DNA of 64,000 nt from Cyanophora paradoxa CCMP329 (Eukaryota; Plantae; Glaucophyta). The notes beneath the pieces are model-generated. The model saw nothing but the letters and a program-made list of their open reading frames with translations. It searched no databases and was not told the origin of the DNA. Position numbers and translations under genes: made by a program. The first letter of the stretch is position 1. Each line of letters begins with the position of its first letter. The stretch lies in the NCBI GenBank assembly GCA_004431415.1, contig QPMI01000483.1, positions 1 to 64,000 of the forward strand, given 5' to 3'. Below are positions 10,696-21,017 of this stretch, one piece after another.

Positions 10696-11205
10696 TGTTG
10701 TAAAGGGGAGGACCCCACCCCAAACCAGACCACCGACTAGTCTGGTTTTACCTTCAGGGATCCACCCCTTCTAGCGTCATCGATCAACAATTTCCCTGAA
10801 AGATTTTAGACGTGCTCCAAGTAGATGTGTTGATGGGAAAAGCATGGATATGGAGAATGGAGGGCGTGAGGGCGAGTACAGAGAAGCTAAACGAGAAAAA
10901 TGCGTTAAGCTATAGCTAGGCGATATTAATGTGTACAGAGAAGCTAAACGAGGAAACGTGTTAAGCTCTAGCTAGATGTAATTGATGTGTATAGAGGAGC
11001 TAAACGAGGAAAAGCGTTAAGGTATAGCTAGACGAAATAAATGTGTGCATCGAGCTAACTGAGGAAACGCGTTCAGCAATATCTATAGGCGTGACTTTAG
11101 TAAGAAACGCGAGGCGCAGCGCGAGGACTATCAAGGCGTTAACTGGGTCGCAGACAAGCCGAAGGCAAGGAATTAGGGCCCCTTTTAGCGGTCTGGTGCG
11201 GCCTC
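10696..11205 (+). repeat. Left terminal inverted repeat, 510 bp
   Basis: Reverse complement of 44611-45121 apart from one homopolymer indel (T4 vs T5). Begins TGTTGTAAAGGGG. Confidence 0.95.
10876..11088 (+). repeat. About 3.7 degenerate 56-57-bp tandem repeats inside the TIR
   Basis: Units beginning GTACAGAGAAGCTAAACGAG at 10876 and 10933, GTATAGAGGAGCTAAACGAG at 10989, and a partial unit at 11045. Mirrored in the right TIR. Confidence 0.85.
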
Positions 11206-12050
11206 TGGAGATGTGTCGATGACTTTACCTTTCTTTTGTTTTAATTGTTTTAATTGTTTTAATTCGGAGGGTCAAGTTCCTAAGAAAACTTTGCGGACGC
11301 CGTGACGTGACGCTGTGACGTGGCGAGAAAACGGCGAGATACGTGTCACACAAAAGATCACAAGTTTCAAGTTTAAACTTAACGCTGGCCGGTTGGACGG
11401 TTGACCGGTTGGATGCAGTCGCCTAGTCGGTTCGGAGCTCGAGCGCTCCGGCTAGGACCGCTAGACCCAGAGCTATGACTTTATCAGCCGAGTGAGCTCT
11501 GACTCTCTGAAAATTGATGAAAAGCACAATTAGTTGCGAAATTAACAGGACCGGGTTTGTGGACAAGCTCACGTCCAAACGACGCTTTCATCACATCGAT
11601 GCACCCTGCGCTTACGGACGGACCGGGAAAGCGATTCGTACATAATCAGCTAGCTATAACCGCTGCAAGCTAGCGAGGCTGCGCGGTGAGAGCCTGGAGG
11701 TGCACGACCGGGGTTGTGGACAAGCTTGAACTCTGAAAAAGCCTGCAATTGTTGAACTTTGGAAATAGTTAATTATAGCTCTGAAAAAGCCTGCAAGTCG
11801 CAAGCCCAATTTAATTATTTTGCAAGCTCAGCGGCCAGTCGACGGAAGTTGATCAATCGAAAAATTTAAACTTCCGATTCGTCAGCCTGCAGGCTCAGAA
11901 GTTTCTGCCTCTGGAGATGTCGAACTTTACCTTTTCTTTTGTTTAATTGTTTTAATTCGGAGGGTCAAGTTCCTGAGAAAACTTTGCGGACGCCGTGACG
12001 TGACGCTGTGACGTAGCGAGAAAACGGTGAGATACGTGACACACAGAAGA
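11201..12050 (+). repeat. Subterminal non-coding region with a ~150-bp direct repeat (11201-11357 and 11907-12050) containing TGACGT motifs
   Basis: GCCTCTGGAGATG...TTCGGAGGGTCAAGTTCCT...GCCGTGACGTGACGCTGTGACGT...GAGATACGTG occurs twice. Shorter repeats (CTCTGAAAAAGCCTGCAA, GTGGACAAGCT) lie between the copies. Confidence 0.85.
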
Positions 12051-12169
12051 ATGGCGCTGATAGTGACACGTTATAAAGGAAACGCACACTATGTTATCGA
12101 TCAGAGATTGATGCGTTGAAACGCCAAAAACAATAGGCCTCCCAATATTCATTCTGAAAGCCTAGTATA

Positions 12170-13705
12170 ATGGCAAGCACCGCATTTCTCAAAGCTGAGC
12201 TTAGGAATTTAGCGATCGAACTCTATGAGCGTGGATATATTCGTGGCTCCTTTCGAAACAAGCTGCTTCGTCTGACCGATACAAGCGGACGGACCTGGTC
12301 CGGAACGATTCGTAAATACATTGCGACAATGCTGCGACTGCGGAGTACAGTTCGTCCTGCTCGTCGTTTGCCTGAGTCAAGGGTAGCGGGGCATTTTGGT
12401 GCAATAGCAGCAGCGCGTGCAAACGCTGTTCAAGCCGAGGAGGCAATCCTAGAGGACGTTCCGAACATATTTCAGGAAATCGAAGATGTTCGAGTCACAG
12501 AAGTCCTAGACGGCGTGCTTTCTCACAGACACCATCGCTATCCGAATTTGTTGTTTGATAAGCATGTGTTTGCGATCGCACCAAACTGGAACCCGGAGGA
12601 GGTAAAAACCATAGCGATCGACATTCTTGATCACTTGGGTGTGGCGGGAATGATAGGCCGGTTTGTGATTATCCGCTTCCGCTTCGAAAAAAATCAAATG
12701 TACACAACTCAGCTGATTCAAATTGGGCAAAACGGGCTTCGAGTTTTGACCGAGAGTTTGGATGAGCGCATCGCGCAGTGGATGGCAGCTCAAATGTCGT
12801 ACGAGGAAGATGATTTCTGGGCAGTAACATCGATTGAGGTGTTGATTGCAGACAACGCGGCAGGCGCCCTGGGGAACATCCCGAAACTGCCGTTTTACCA
12901 CAGGACAGTAGATAAGCTGTACTGCCCGATGTCACCAGCTAATGATTGCGTGCTGGAGTGTTTTGAGTACGTAAAATTAAATCCACGGGGTTTAAGTCTG
13001 AAGACAGTGATTGAAAAATTAGCAAAGGCGCCCTATGCGTCTATTCGAGAGCAGATGGGACTAGCGAAGGGAATGATATCTCTCGATTGCAGGACAGTGG
13101 AAACGATCTGCAGGTTTTATTCGATTGATGCAACCGTGACGGAGTGGGAAGCAACAAAGTTTAAGGAGCTTTTTCGAACTGAACTGAGCTTTTCAAAGCG
13201 AGCGATACTTTGCAATATAGACGGACATTGTTTCCTCGTAAAGAACGAAGCAACACTGTCTCTTGAGAAGTGCCCTTGTTGCGGAAAGATGTTTGATTTG
13301 GCGACGCACCGAGCAAACTGCAGCTTTTGCAATCAGTGCAAGCGTGCTTACGACCCACGGAAGGACCACACATCTGAATGTCAGGAGATGACGCGCCGTC
13401 AAAACGTGATCGGGCGGCAGATCAAGCCCTGCAAACCGGAGACAGAATTTACAGCGTTGGACAGCGTTGTCTGCGCGGATTTTGAAACGTTTGCTGCCAA
13501 CGGCAAGACGCACGTTCCATATGCTGTCAGCTATTGCACGATTGAAAAAGGGGAGGTCTCGCCATGCGAGTTAATTTATGGTGAGCAAACGTTGGACTTG
13601 TTCATGCGCTGGCTTGAGCGCCGCAGCGAAAAGACGACGTTGGTGTTCTACAATGGGTCTGGCTTTGACTATATATTTGTCTACAAATGGCTCGTTTCAA
13701 ACTGA
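12170..13705 (+). CDS. polB: Protein-primed family B DNA polymerase, N-terminal part (TP-like region, vOTU-like protease, Zn fingers, ExoI/ExoII), truncated by an insertion
   Basis: ExoI CADFETF and ExoII FYNGSGFDYIF; NDCVLECF and DGHCFLVKN (Cys/His); CxxC clusters. The stop lies just inside the insert. Confidence 0.85.
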   Translation: MASTAFLKAELRNLAIELYERGYIRGSFRNKLLRLTDTSGRTWSGTIRKYIATMLRLRSTVRPARRLPESRVAGHFGAIAAARANAVQAEEAILEDVPNIFQEIEDVRVTEVLDGVLSHRHHRYPNLLFDKHVFAIAPNWNPEEVKTIAIDILDHLGVAGMIGRFVIIRFRFEKNQMYTTQLIQIGQNGLRVLTESLDERIAQWMAAQMSYEEDDFWAVTSIEVLIADNAAGALGNIPKLPFYHRTVDKLYCPMSPANDCVLECFEYVKLNPRGLSLKTVIEKLAKAPYASIREQMGLAKGMISLDCRTVETICRFYSIDATVTEWEATKFKELFRTELSFSKRAILCNIDGHCFLVKNEATLSLEKCPCCGKMFDLATHRANCSFCNQCKRAYDPRKDHTSECQEMTRRQNVIGRQIKPCKPETEFTALDSVVCADFETFAANGKTHVPYAVSYCTIEKGEVSPCELIYGEQTLDLFMRWLERRSEKTTLVFYNGSGFDYIFVYKWLVSN

Positions 13706-13941
13706 ACGGAGTTTGCGTCACGCCCCGCCCATTGTTAACTTCTTCCGCCAATGAAATTAGCCCAGCGCAAACTTGAGCTCGAACTTGGCCTCGTACACAG
13801 TGGCGTACACACGCGGCCACAACGGTCACAGTAACGGTCAGCAGGCCGGCTTGCTAGTCAGCTTCCCTCGGCTAGGCCGGACTAGCTAGCTTCCCGCCAT
13901 CGCGCACGCCCGAGCGGGAGCATTCCTGCACGCCGCCGTGC

Positions 13942-15530
13942 ATGAAGCAGTCAAAGCGAAAGGAACCCAGCCTCTGGGATGACAGCTTCGACGAGCCCCG
14001 ACGTCGGCACCGCTGGCACGGCAAGCGACCCGACAGCAGCAGCTCGTGGGCCGGCAAGGGCAACATGAAGCGTGTCAACAAGATCACTCAGCAGGCGCGC
14101 AAGGCGAAGGAGCCCAAGCTTCCTGACCTCGACATCCTCAAGGGCGAGCACCCCGCGGCAACGGTCCGCTGCCTGGACACCAGCGGCCGCGCCTACCACG
14201 TTCGCCTTGGCGACTTCGTCATCTGTTCAGTTAGCTCAGACACCCAGCTGTGTCCAGAACTCAGCGTCGTTCGCCCGAAGCCCTTCCATTTCCCGCGCCC
14301 AGGTGAAACGATTTTGGCGCGAGTCGAGGGCGAGTTCCCAACACAGACGAAGGCGAAGCGCGGCGACTTCAACTACTCCGTCAACGGCGTCATCCTTCGG
14401 CGCTTCGTGCGCCCGGAGGACTCCGATGTGAAGGACTGCGGGCTCGGCAGCGTGATCATCAAGGCAGACGGGGAGCAGGCAGCCGTGGCCATCGCAAACC
14501 ACCTCATCTACTACTCGAACGTGACGGTCCGCCCGCCGCGCCCGCGCCCCGTTCCAGCGTCCGATGCCCGTGCGCGCAGGTTCACGCACTCGCAAAGGTG
14601 GTGGCCGCGGACGAGTACAAAGCCCTCAACCACGCCGATCCCCACATCTACGTCTGTAAGCAAATCATGACGTTCCCGGGCGACGGCTCCTTCCAGTTCG
14701 ACGTCGCCCTCGCCTTCAACGCGAGGCTCAAGCGAGTGGCGAAGAAGAAGATGGCGTGCTTCCTCCGGCCGCTGTCGAGGCCGGAGGAGCGCGTGGAGGC
14801 GATTGGCTACCTTCAGGACGCCGCCGCGAACGCCCTCAAGCGCCGGAAGACCGGGACGCAGCTTGTCAACGTCAAGATCCCGGTGGCCGGGCCGGCAATG
14901 TTGGTCTGCGGCTCTTATGACTCGTTCGAAGTTCTTTTTCCTATCCTCTAACGGTGCGCATCGCAGGAGAACATCGTGGCGCAGGTCGCGCACGTCGCCA
15001 CGCCCATCGACCCGAAGACGGGCCAGCCGATCGCGGTTGACAAGCTGCCGGCGGCGAATCGCTTCGTTATCGAGCTTCCGGACCGCGAGACCGCTGCTGG
15101 TGGAAGCCGCTTCCTTTTTCCCGCTCGCTGTTCTTTTTCCGACCTCTTTGCAGCTGTTCTCGGTCCCTCCGGCGTGGCGCAAGCGTCCAAGCGCGTCTGC
15201 AAGCGGGACGCGGACGGGAAGGCGATCCGGAAGCACAGCGAGATGCAGACCGTCACCGTCGAGAAGGCGTACGGCGGCTTAATCGTGCCGCGCCACACGG
15301 GCTCCCATGACGTCGTCCAGTTCGACGAGCGTGCGCCCGGCCCGCCCTCGCCGCGCCGCTCGCTTACGAAGCTCTGCTCCTTGGGCGCGGCAGGTCCCGG
15401 TCGGATCGTGGCCACGAAGCGCTCGGGCAGGAAAGGTGGGCACGTCACGCTCGAGCTTCCGAGCTACGAGTACGGCCCGACGGCGAGCGCATCGCCAGCC
15501 TCGCGGGCCCCTCGCGGCTGTCCCCGTGAA
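13942..15530 (+). CDS. Spliced gene with a BAH (bromo-adjacent homology)-like domain; 3' extent uncertain
   Basis: VRLGDFV...ARVEG...RRFVRPED...IYYSN...KVVAADEY...IYVCK resembles the BAH consensus. GT-AG introns at 14527-14579 and 14904-14966 (CTAAC branch site) join three ORFs in phase 0. Confidence 0.55.
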
Positions 15531-17990
15531 GCGCCCGCGCCGGTGCCGCGCCGGCGCCAACACCGTCGCCAAGGCGCCGCCTGTCCCCGAAGCAGCCCCT
15601 TCAGAACCTGCCGCCGCCGCCCTGCCGGCCCCCGCCGCCGCCGCCCGCCGGCCCCCGCCGTCGCCGCCCCGCCGGCCCCCGCCGCCGCCGCCCTGCCGGC
15701 CGCCGCCGCCGCCGCCCCGCCCGCCCCCGCCCCGCCGGTCGGAGATTGCAGATTCAACTACTCCGTCAACGGCGTCATCCTTCGGCGCTTCGTAGTTGAA
15801 GTCGCTTGACTTCAACTACTCCGTCAACGGCGTTGACGGAGTAGTTGAAGTCAAGCGAGTGGCGAAGAAGAAGATGGCGTGCTTCCTCCGGCCGCTGTCG
15901 AGGCCGGAGGAGCGCGTGGAGGCGATTGGCTACCTTCAGGACGCCGCCGCGAACGCCCTCAAGCGCCGGAAGACCGGGACGCAGCTTGTCAACGTCAAGA
16001 TCCCGGTGGCCGGGCCGGCAATGTTGGTCTGCGGCTCTTATGACTCGTTCGAAGTTCTTTTTCCTATCCTCTAACGGTGCGCATCGCAGGAGAACATCGT
16101 GGCGCAGGTCGCGCACGTCGCCACGCCCATCGACCCGAAGACGGGCCAGCCGATCCCGGTTGACAAGCTGCCGGCGGCGAATCGCTTCGTTATCGAGCTT
16201 CCGGACCGCGAGACCGCTGCTGGTGGAAGCCGCTTCCTTTTTCCCGCTCGCTGTTCTTTTTCCGACCTCTTTGCAGCTGTTCTCGGTCCCTCCGGCGTGG
16301 CGCAAGCGTCCAAGCGCGTCTGCAAGCGGGACGCGGACGGGAAGGCGATCCGGAAGCACAGCGAGATGCAGACCGTCACCGTCGAGAAGGCGTACGGCGG
16401 CTTAATCGTGCCGCGCCACACGGGCTCCCATGACGTCGTCCAGTTCGACGAGCGTGCGCCCGGCCCGCCCTCGCCGCGCCGCTCGCTTACGAAGCTCTGC
16501 TCCTTGGGCGCGGCAGGTCCCGGTCGGATCGTGGCCACGAAGCGCTCGGGCAGGAAAGGTGGGCACGTCACGCTCGAGCTTCCGAGCTACGAGTACGGCC
16601 CCGACGGCGAGCGCATCGCCAGCCTCGCGGGCCCCTCGCGGCTGTCCCCGTGAAGCGCCCGCGCCGGTGCCGCGCCGGCGCCAACACCGTCGCCAAGGCG
16701 CCGCCTGTCCCCGAAGCAGCCCCTTCAGAACCTGCCGCCGCCGCCCTGCCGGCCCCCGCCGCCGCCGCCCCGCCGGCCCCGCCGTCGCCGCCCCGCCGGC
16801 CCCCGCCGCCGCCGCCCTGCCGGCCGCCGCCGCCGCCGCCCCGCCCGCCCCCGCCCGCCGGTCGGAGATTGCAGATTCAACTACTCCGTCAACGGCGTCA
16901 TCCTTCGGCGCTTCGTAGTTGAAGTCGCTTGACTTCAACTACTCCGTCAACGGCGTTGACGGAGTAGTTGAAGTCAAGCGAGTGGCGAAGAAGAAGATGG
17001 CGTGCTTCCTCCGGCCGCTGTCGAGGCCGGAGGAGCGCGTGGAGGCGATTGGCTACCTTCAGGACGCCGCCGCGAACGCCCTCAAGCGCCGGAAGACCGG
17101 GACGCAGCTTGTCAACGTCAAGATCCCGGTGGCCGGGCCGGCAATGTTGGTCTGCGGCTCTTATGACTCGTTCGAAGTTCTTTTTCCTATCCTCTAACGG
17201 TGCGCATCGCAGGAGAACATCGTGGCGCAGGTCGCGCACGTCGCCACGCCCATCGACCCGAAGACGGGCCAGCCGATCCCGGTTGACAAGCTGCCGGCGG
17301 CGAATCGCTTCGTTATCGAGCTTCCGGACCGCGAGACCGCTGCTGGTGGAAGCCGCTTCCTTTTTCCCGCTCGCTGTTCTTTTTCCGACCTCTTTGCAGC
17401 TGTTCTCGGTCCCTCCGGCGTGGCGCAAGCGTCCAAGCGCGTCTGCAAGCGGGACGCGGACGGGAAGGCGATCCGGAAGCACAGCGAGATGCAGACCGTC
17501 ACCGTCGAGAAGGCGTACGGCGGCTTAATCGTGCCGCGCCACACGGGCTCCCATGACGTCGTCCAGTTCGACGAGCGTGCGCCCGGCCCGCCCTCGCCGC
17601 GCCGCTCGCTTACGAAGCTCTGCTCCTTGGGCGCGGCAGGTCCCGGTCGGATCGTGGCCACGAAGCGCTCGGGCAGGAAAGGTGGGCACGTCACGCTCGA
17701 GCTTCCGAGCTACGAGTACGGCCCCGACGGCGAGCGCATCGCCAGCCTCGCGGGCCCCTCGCGGCTGTCCCCGTGAAGCGCCCGCGCCGGTGCCGCGCCG
17801 GCGCCAACACCGTCGCCAAGGCGCCGCCTGTCCCCGAAGCAGCCCCTTCAGAACCTGCCGCCGCCGCCCTGCCGGCCCCCGCCGCCGCCGCCCGCCGGCC
17901 CCCGCCGTCGCCGCCCCGCCGGCCCCGCCGCCGCCGCCCTGCCGGCCGCCGCCGCCGCCGCCCCGCCCGCCCCCGCCCCGCCCCGCCCCG
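14728..17990 (+). repeat. Tandem triplication of a 1123-bp unit
   Basis: Unit starts TCAAGCGAGTGGCGAAGAAG at 14728, 15851 and 16974. The ORF track repeats with the same offset. Confidence 0.95.
15802..15858. repeat. Perfect palindrome with 28-bp arms and 1-nt loop at the repeat junction; second copy at 16925-16981
   Basis: TCGCTTGACTTCAACTACTCCGTCAACG-G-CGTTGACGGAGTAGTTGAAGTCAAGCGA. Confidence 0.95.
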
Positions 17991-18916
17991 CCCGCGGAGT
18001 GCAGATTCCCTGGCAGATCAAAAATTGCGAACGCGATACCGGGGGTCGCCGCGCGCTCGCAGCCTTGCGAAACCTTGAGAGCGGATAAGATTGCCGCCGA
18101 CAGCGAGCCCAGCTCCCCGCTCGCAGTGCAGCCGCGCGCTTAAGGCGCCGGCCAGCCACTTGGCCCCGGCTGCAGCTGCTCCGGCACGGGCGGCCTCAGC
18201 CAGCCGGCACCATTCTATCGCAGCTTCGGCCATAAGCCTCGGAGAGGGCGGAAGTCTCCGAGGCTCGGTCCGCGATCCAGGGCAGGCGTGCGTATGTTCC
18301 AAGTTCGCGGGCGAGGGCGTGCGCCTCGCCGAATCGTTGTCGCGGCGTGCGCCTCGCCAGGTGTACTACAGTGCCACAGTGCCACGTTGTCGAAAGCGCG
18401 AGCCGCTCAGTCAGCCGAGTTTCCTCCGCTGGCCAACCGGGTACGCATACGCCCGGCCCGGCCCGGCATGCCACGAGAGCGCCCGCGGCGCTTCACGCGG
18501 TCTTCCTTCATCTCCGTGACCCGCTTCTGCGAGACGAGGTCGGTGGGGGCAGCGGCTGCTTGCCGCAGTGCATGGATTGCCAGCCCAGGTGCGAGGCCTT
18601 GACTCATCCCGAGCTTCCCGAGCAGATTACCAGGCGCGCCGGCGTAGCTCAGCGCCGATTGGGTCTGGCACGGTCCGCCTTTGCGGCCGACCCCGGTTCC
18701 GTGCCCAAGCCGTTCCGACCTTCCCGAGCAGATTACCAGGCGCGCCGGGCGCACCTAGCTCAGCGTCGCCGAGCTTATAGGCTAGGCTTGCTCGGAGGCT
18801 CCGGATGCACGCACAGTTAGCCAACCCAGCCGCGCCCCGCGTCCCCGCCCGGCTGTCGTGTGGGCGACGCATGCGCAAAAGGAACACAAATTTTTCTCAT
18901 CCGATGAGAGCTCTAG

Positions 18917-20700
18917 CTATGCAGGACGAAGCGAGCGGGCCGGGCTAGCGCCCGATGGCGGGCGCCTCGAAAGGCGACGTCTCCGGCGGCACAGCAGCGT
19001 GTAGCTGCTGGACCGCGGCGACCCACCCTGCGACCCTAGGCCCCGGGGCTCCCGCATGAGCACGTCCCTCATGTAGAGATACTCGATAACGGCCTCCAGC
19101 TCCTCCACCTCCTTTATGTACATGCGCTCCTCCTTCCGCCACACCTTCGCCTCACGCTCCAACTCCAAGTCCCAATTCCTCTTCATCCTTGAGACCTGCG
19201 CCGCGCCGCGTTACGCGCCAGCGGGCGCACGCACGCGTGTGGGCAATCGCGGACCTTGTTTTCCAGGTCATCCACCTTCGTCTGCAGCGCAGCGTTCTGG
19301 TTCTGCAGCTCCTCGCACTCCTCTTCGAGGTTTTTGACCCGAGTCGCTCTCTGCGGGCGCCGGAGGGACCGCCGTCAGCAGCGCATTGCGGGCGCCGGCG
19401 GCGCGGGCGGCGCGGCGGCCGGCGGGCTCACCAGACTGGCGTTGAGCTGCATCATCTCCTTCTCCAGCTGAGCGATCTTCTCCTCCCGTTGAGCGATCTG
19501 CCGCTGCTTCTCCCTGTTGGCCCACCGCAGATCAGGGAGCTCCCGCTCCAGGGAGCTGCACTTCTGTTGGAGCTCCTCACGCTGCGCCGGTGCACGGAGG
19601 AACACGTCGACTTTCGCCTTCAGTTGATTGGCGAGCTCCGCGCCAGTTAGACCCTTGTCTAGGACATCCTGCGGCCCGAATCAGCGAGGCAAGCTGCGGG
19701 CGAAGCGCACGGCGGCGTGAAACGGCGCGCGCACACGCTGCTGAAGGTACTCGATCGCTTCAAGGAGCTTGGACGCCATGCGAACCGCATCGGAAACCCG
19801 CTTGCAGCCGGTGAGCCTCCGATAGAGTGCGGCGTCCTCCTCCTCGATGCGAAAGCGGTGCCGCCCGGGCTTGTCCCAGGGGGTGAATCGATCTTCCTCC
19901 TCGCCCGTCATCTCGACATCGCACTTGCGCCGCTTGCACTGCTGCTTGGTGGACGTGGCGGGCTTCTTCGGGGCTGGCTTCTTCGCGGCTGAGCTGGCAG
20001 GCGACGGCGCGACAGAGGGATCGTCCATATACCGCTCCATGGCAACGAAGGGATCCTCATATTGCTCGCTCGGTGCCGCCGCAGGCGAAGGCTGGGAGGT
20101 CGCCGCCGCTGCCCGCTTGCGACTCACGCGCTTAGGCATGTCCACGGGGGTCGCTGGCGAGGCCGCTGCCGCCGGCGGCTGCGTGCGTGGAGGCGTGGCC
20201 GGCTGATCATGCGAAGGCTGCGATTGCGAGGGCGCAGCTACTACCCGCTTGCGACGCGGGCGATCAGGCGTGTACACGGGGGTCGCTGATGAGGCAGCTG
20301 CGACAGGCGGCGTACACGGCTGTACAGGCGTACCCCCCCCCAAAGGCGTCCCTGGCGTCTCACAGCAGCCGCTGCCGGGGCTCTGCTCGAGCTCTGAGCG
20401 TACTGGCGAGACTTGTGGGGAGTCGCTCCCGCCCGCCGGCTCCGCCGCGGGAGGCGCCAGCGCGACCGCGGCCGTCGCATGCGCAGCTGGCGCTGCATGC
20501 GCAGGCTGAACGACTTGCTCGCTCAAAGCTGCGTCGCCAAAGTCGTCTGGATTCACGTCCTCGCCGAGGTCGTCCTGGCTGCCGCAGGTGCTGCCGCCAA
20601 TCTGGCCGTGCCGCGGCCTGCCATCGCTGGCGCCGCCCAGCCACGCTCTAATGGAACCGAACGCTGAGCCGACCTTGGCAGACAGCACAGAGAGCGGCAT
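18917..20700 (-). CDS. Probable spliced low-complexity / coiled-coil gene inside the insert
   Basis: 339-aa Pro/Ala-rich ORF (19681-20700) followed by short Glu/Lys/Arg-rich coiled-coil-like ORFs in other frames. Exon structure not resolved. Confidence 0.4.
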
Positions 20701-21017
20701 CTCGATCGCCGAACGCTAAGCTATAAGCGCTTTTGCTTTTCCCGCGCAATTCCGATCCGTGGCTGGCCGCAATCTAGCTGCAGCTGGCCGTGGCTTGGAA
20801 GGGGGGGGAGATGGCTTGGGGGGGATATAGAATTTGGTCTAGCCAGCTCGAACTCGAACTCAGCCGGCTGATAGCCGCCGTGACACGGCCGTGTTCAAAA
20901 TTCAAATTCCATCCATTGTTAAAGCTCGCGAACTAGCGGGATGTCCAAAAGGTCGCGCCGTTTTCGGCCCGTCGAGGTCCGTCCGGGGCCGTCTGCGACA
21001 TGCGAAACAGCTCCTTA

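Noticed and set aside
1534-10774. Numerous plus-strand and alternative-frame ORFs in the GC-rich flanks (also 14-20.7 kb and 59-64 kb)
   Set aside because: Arg/Pro/Ala-rich shadow ORFs expected from high GC content and from antisense to real ORFs.
10876-11088. CRISPR-like array in the TIR
   Set aside because: Contiguous degenerate tandem repeats with no unique spacers, no cas genes, and a eukaryotic viral context.
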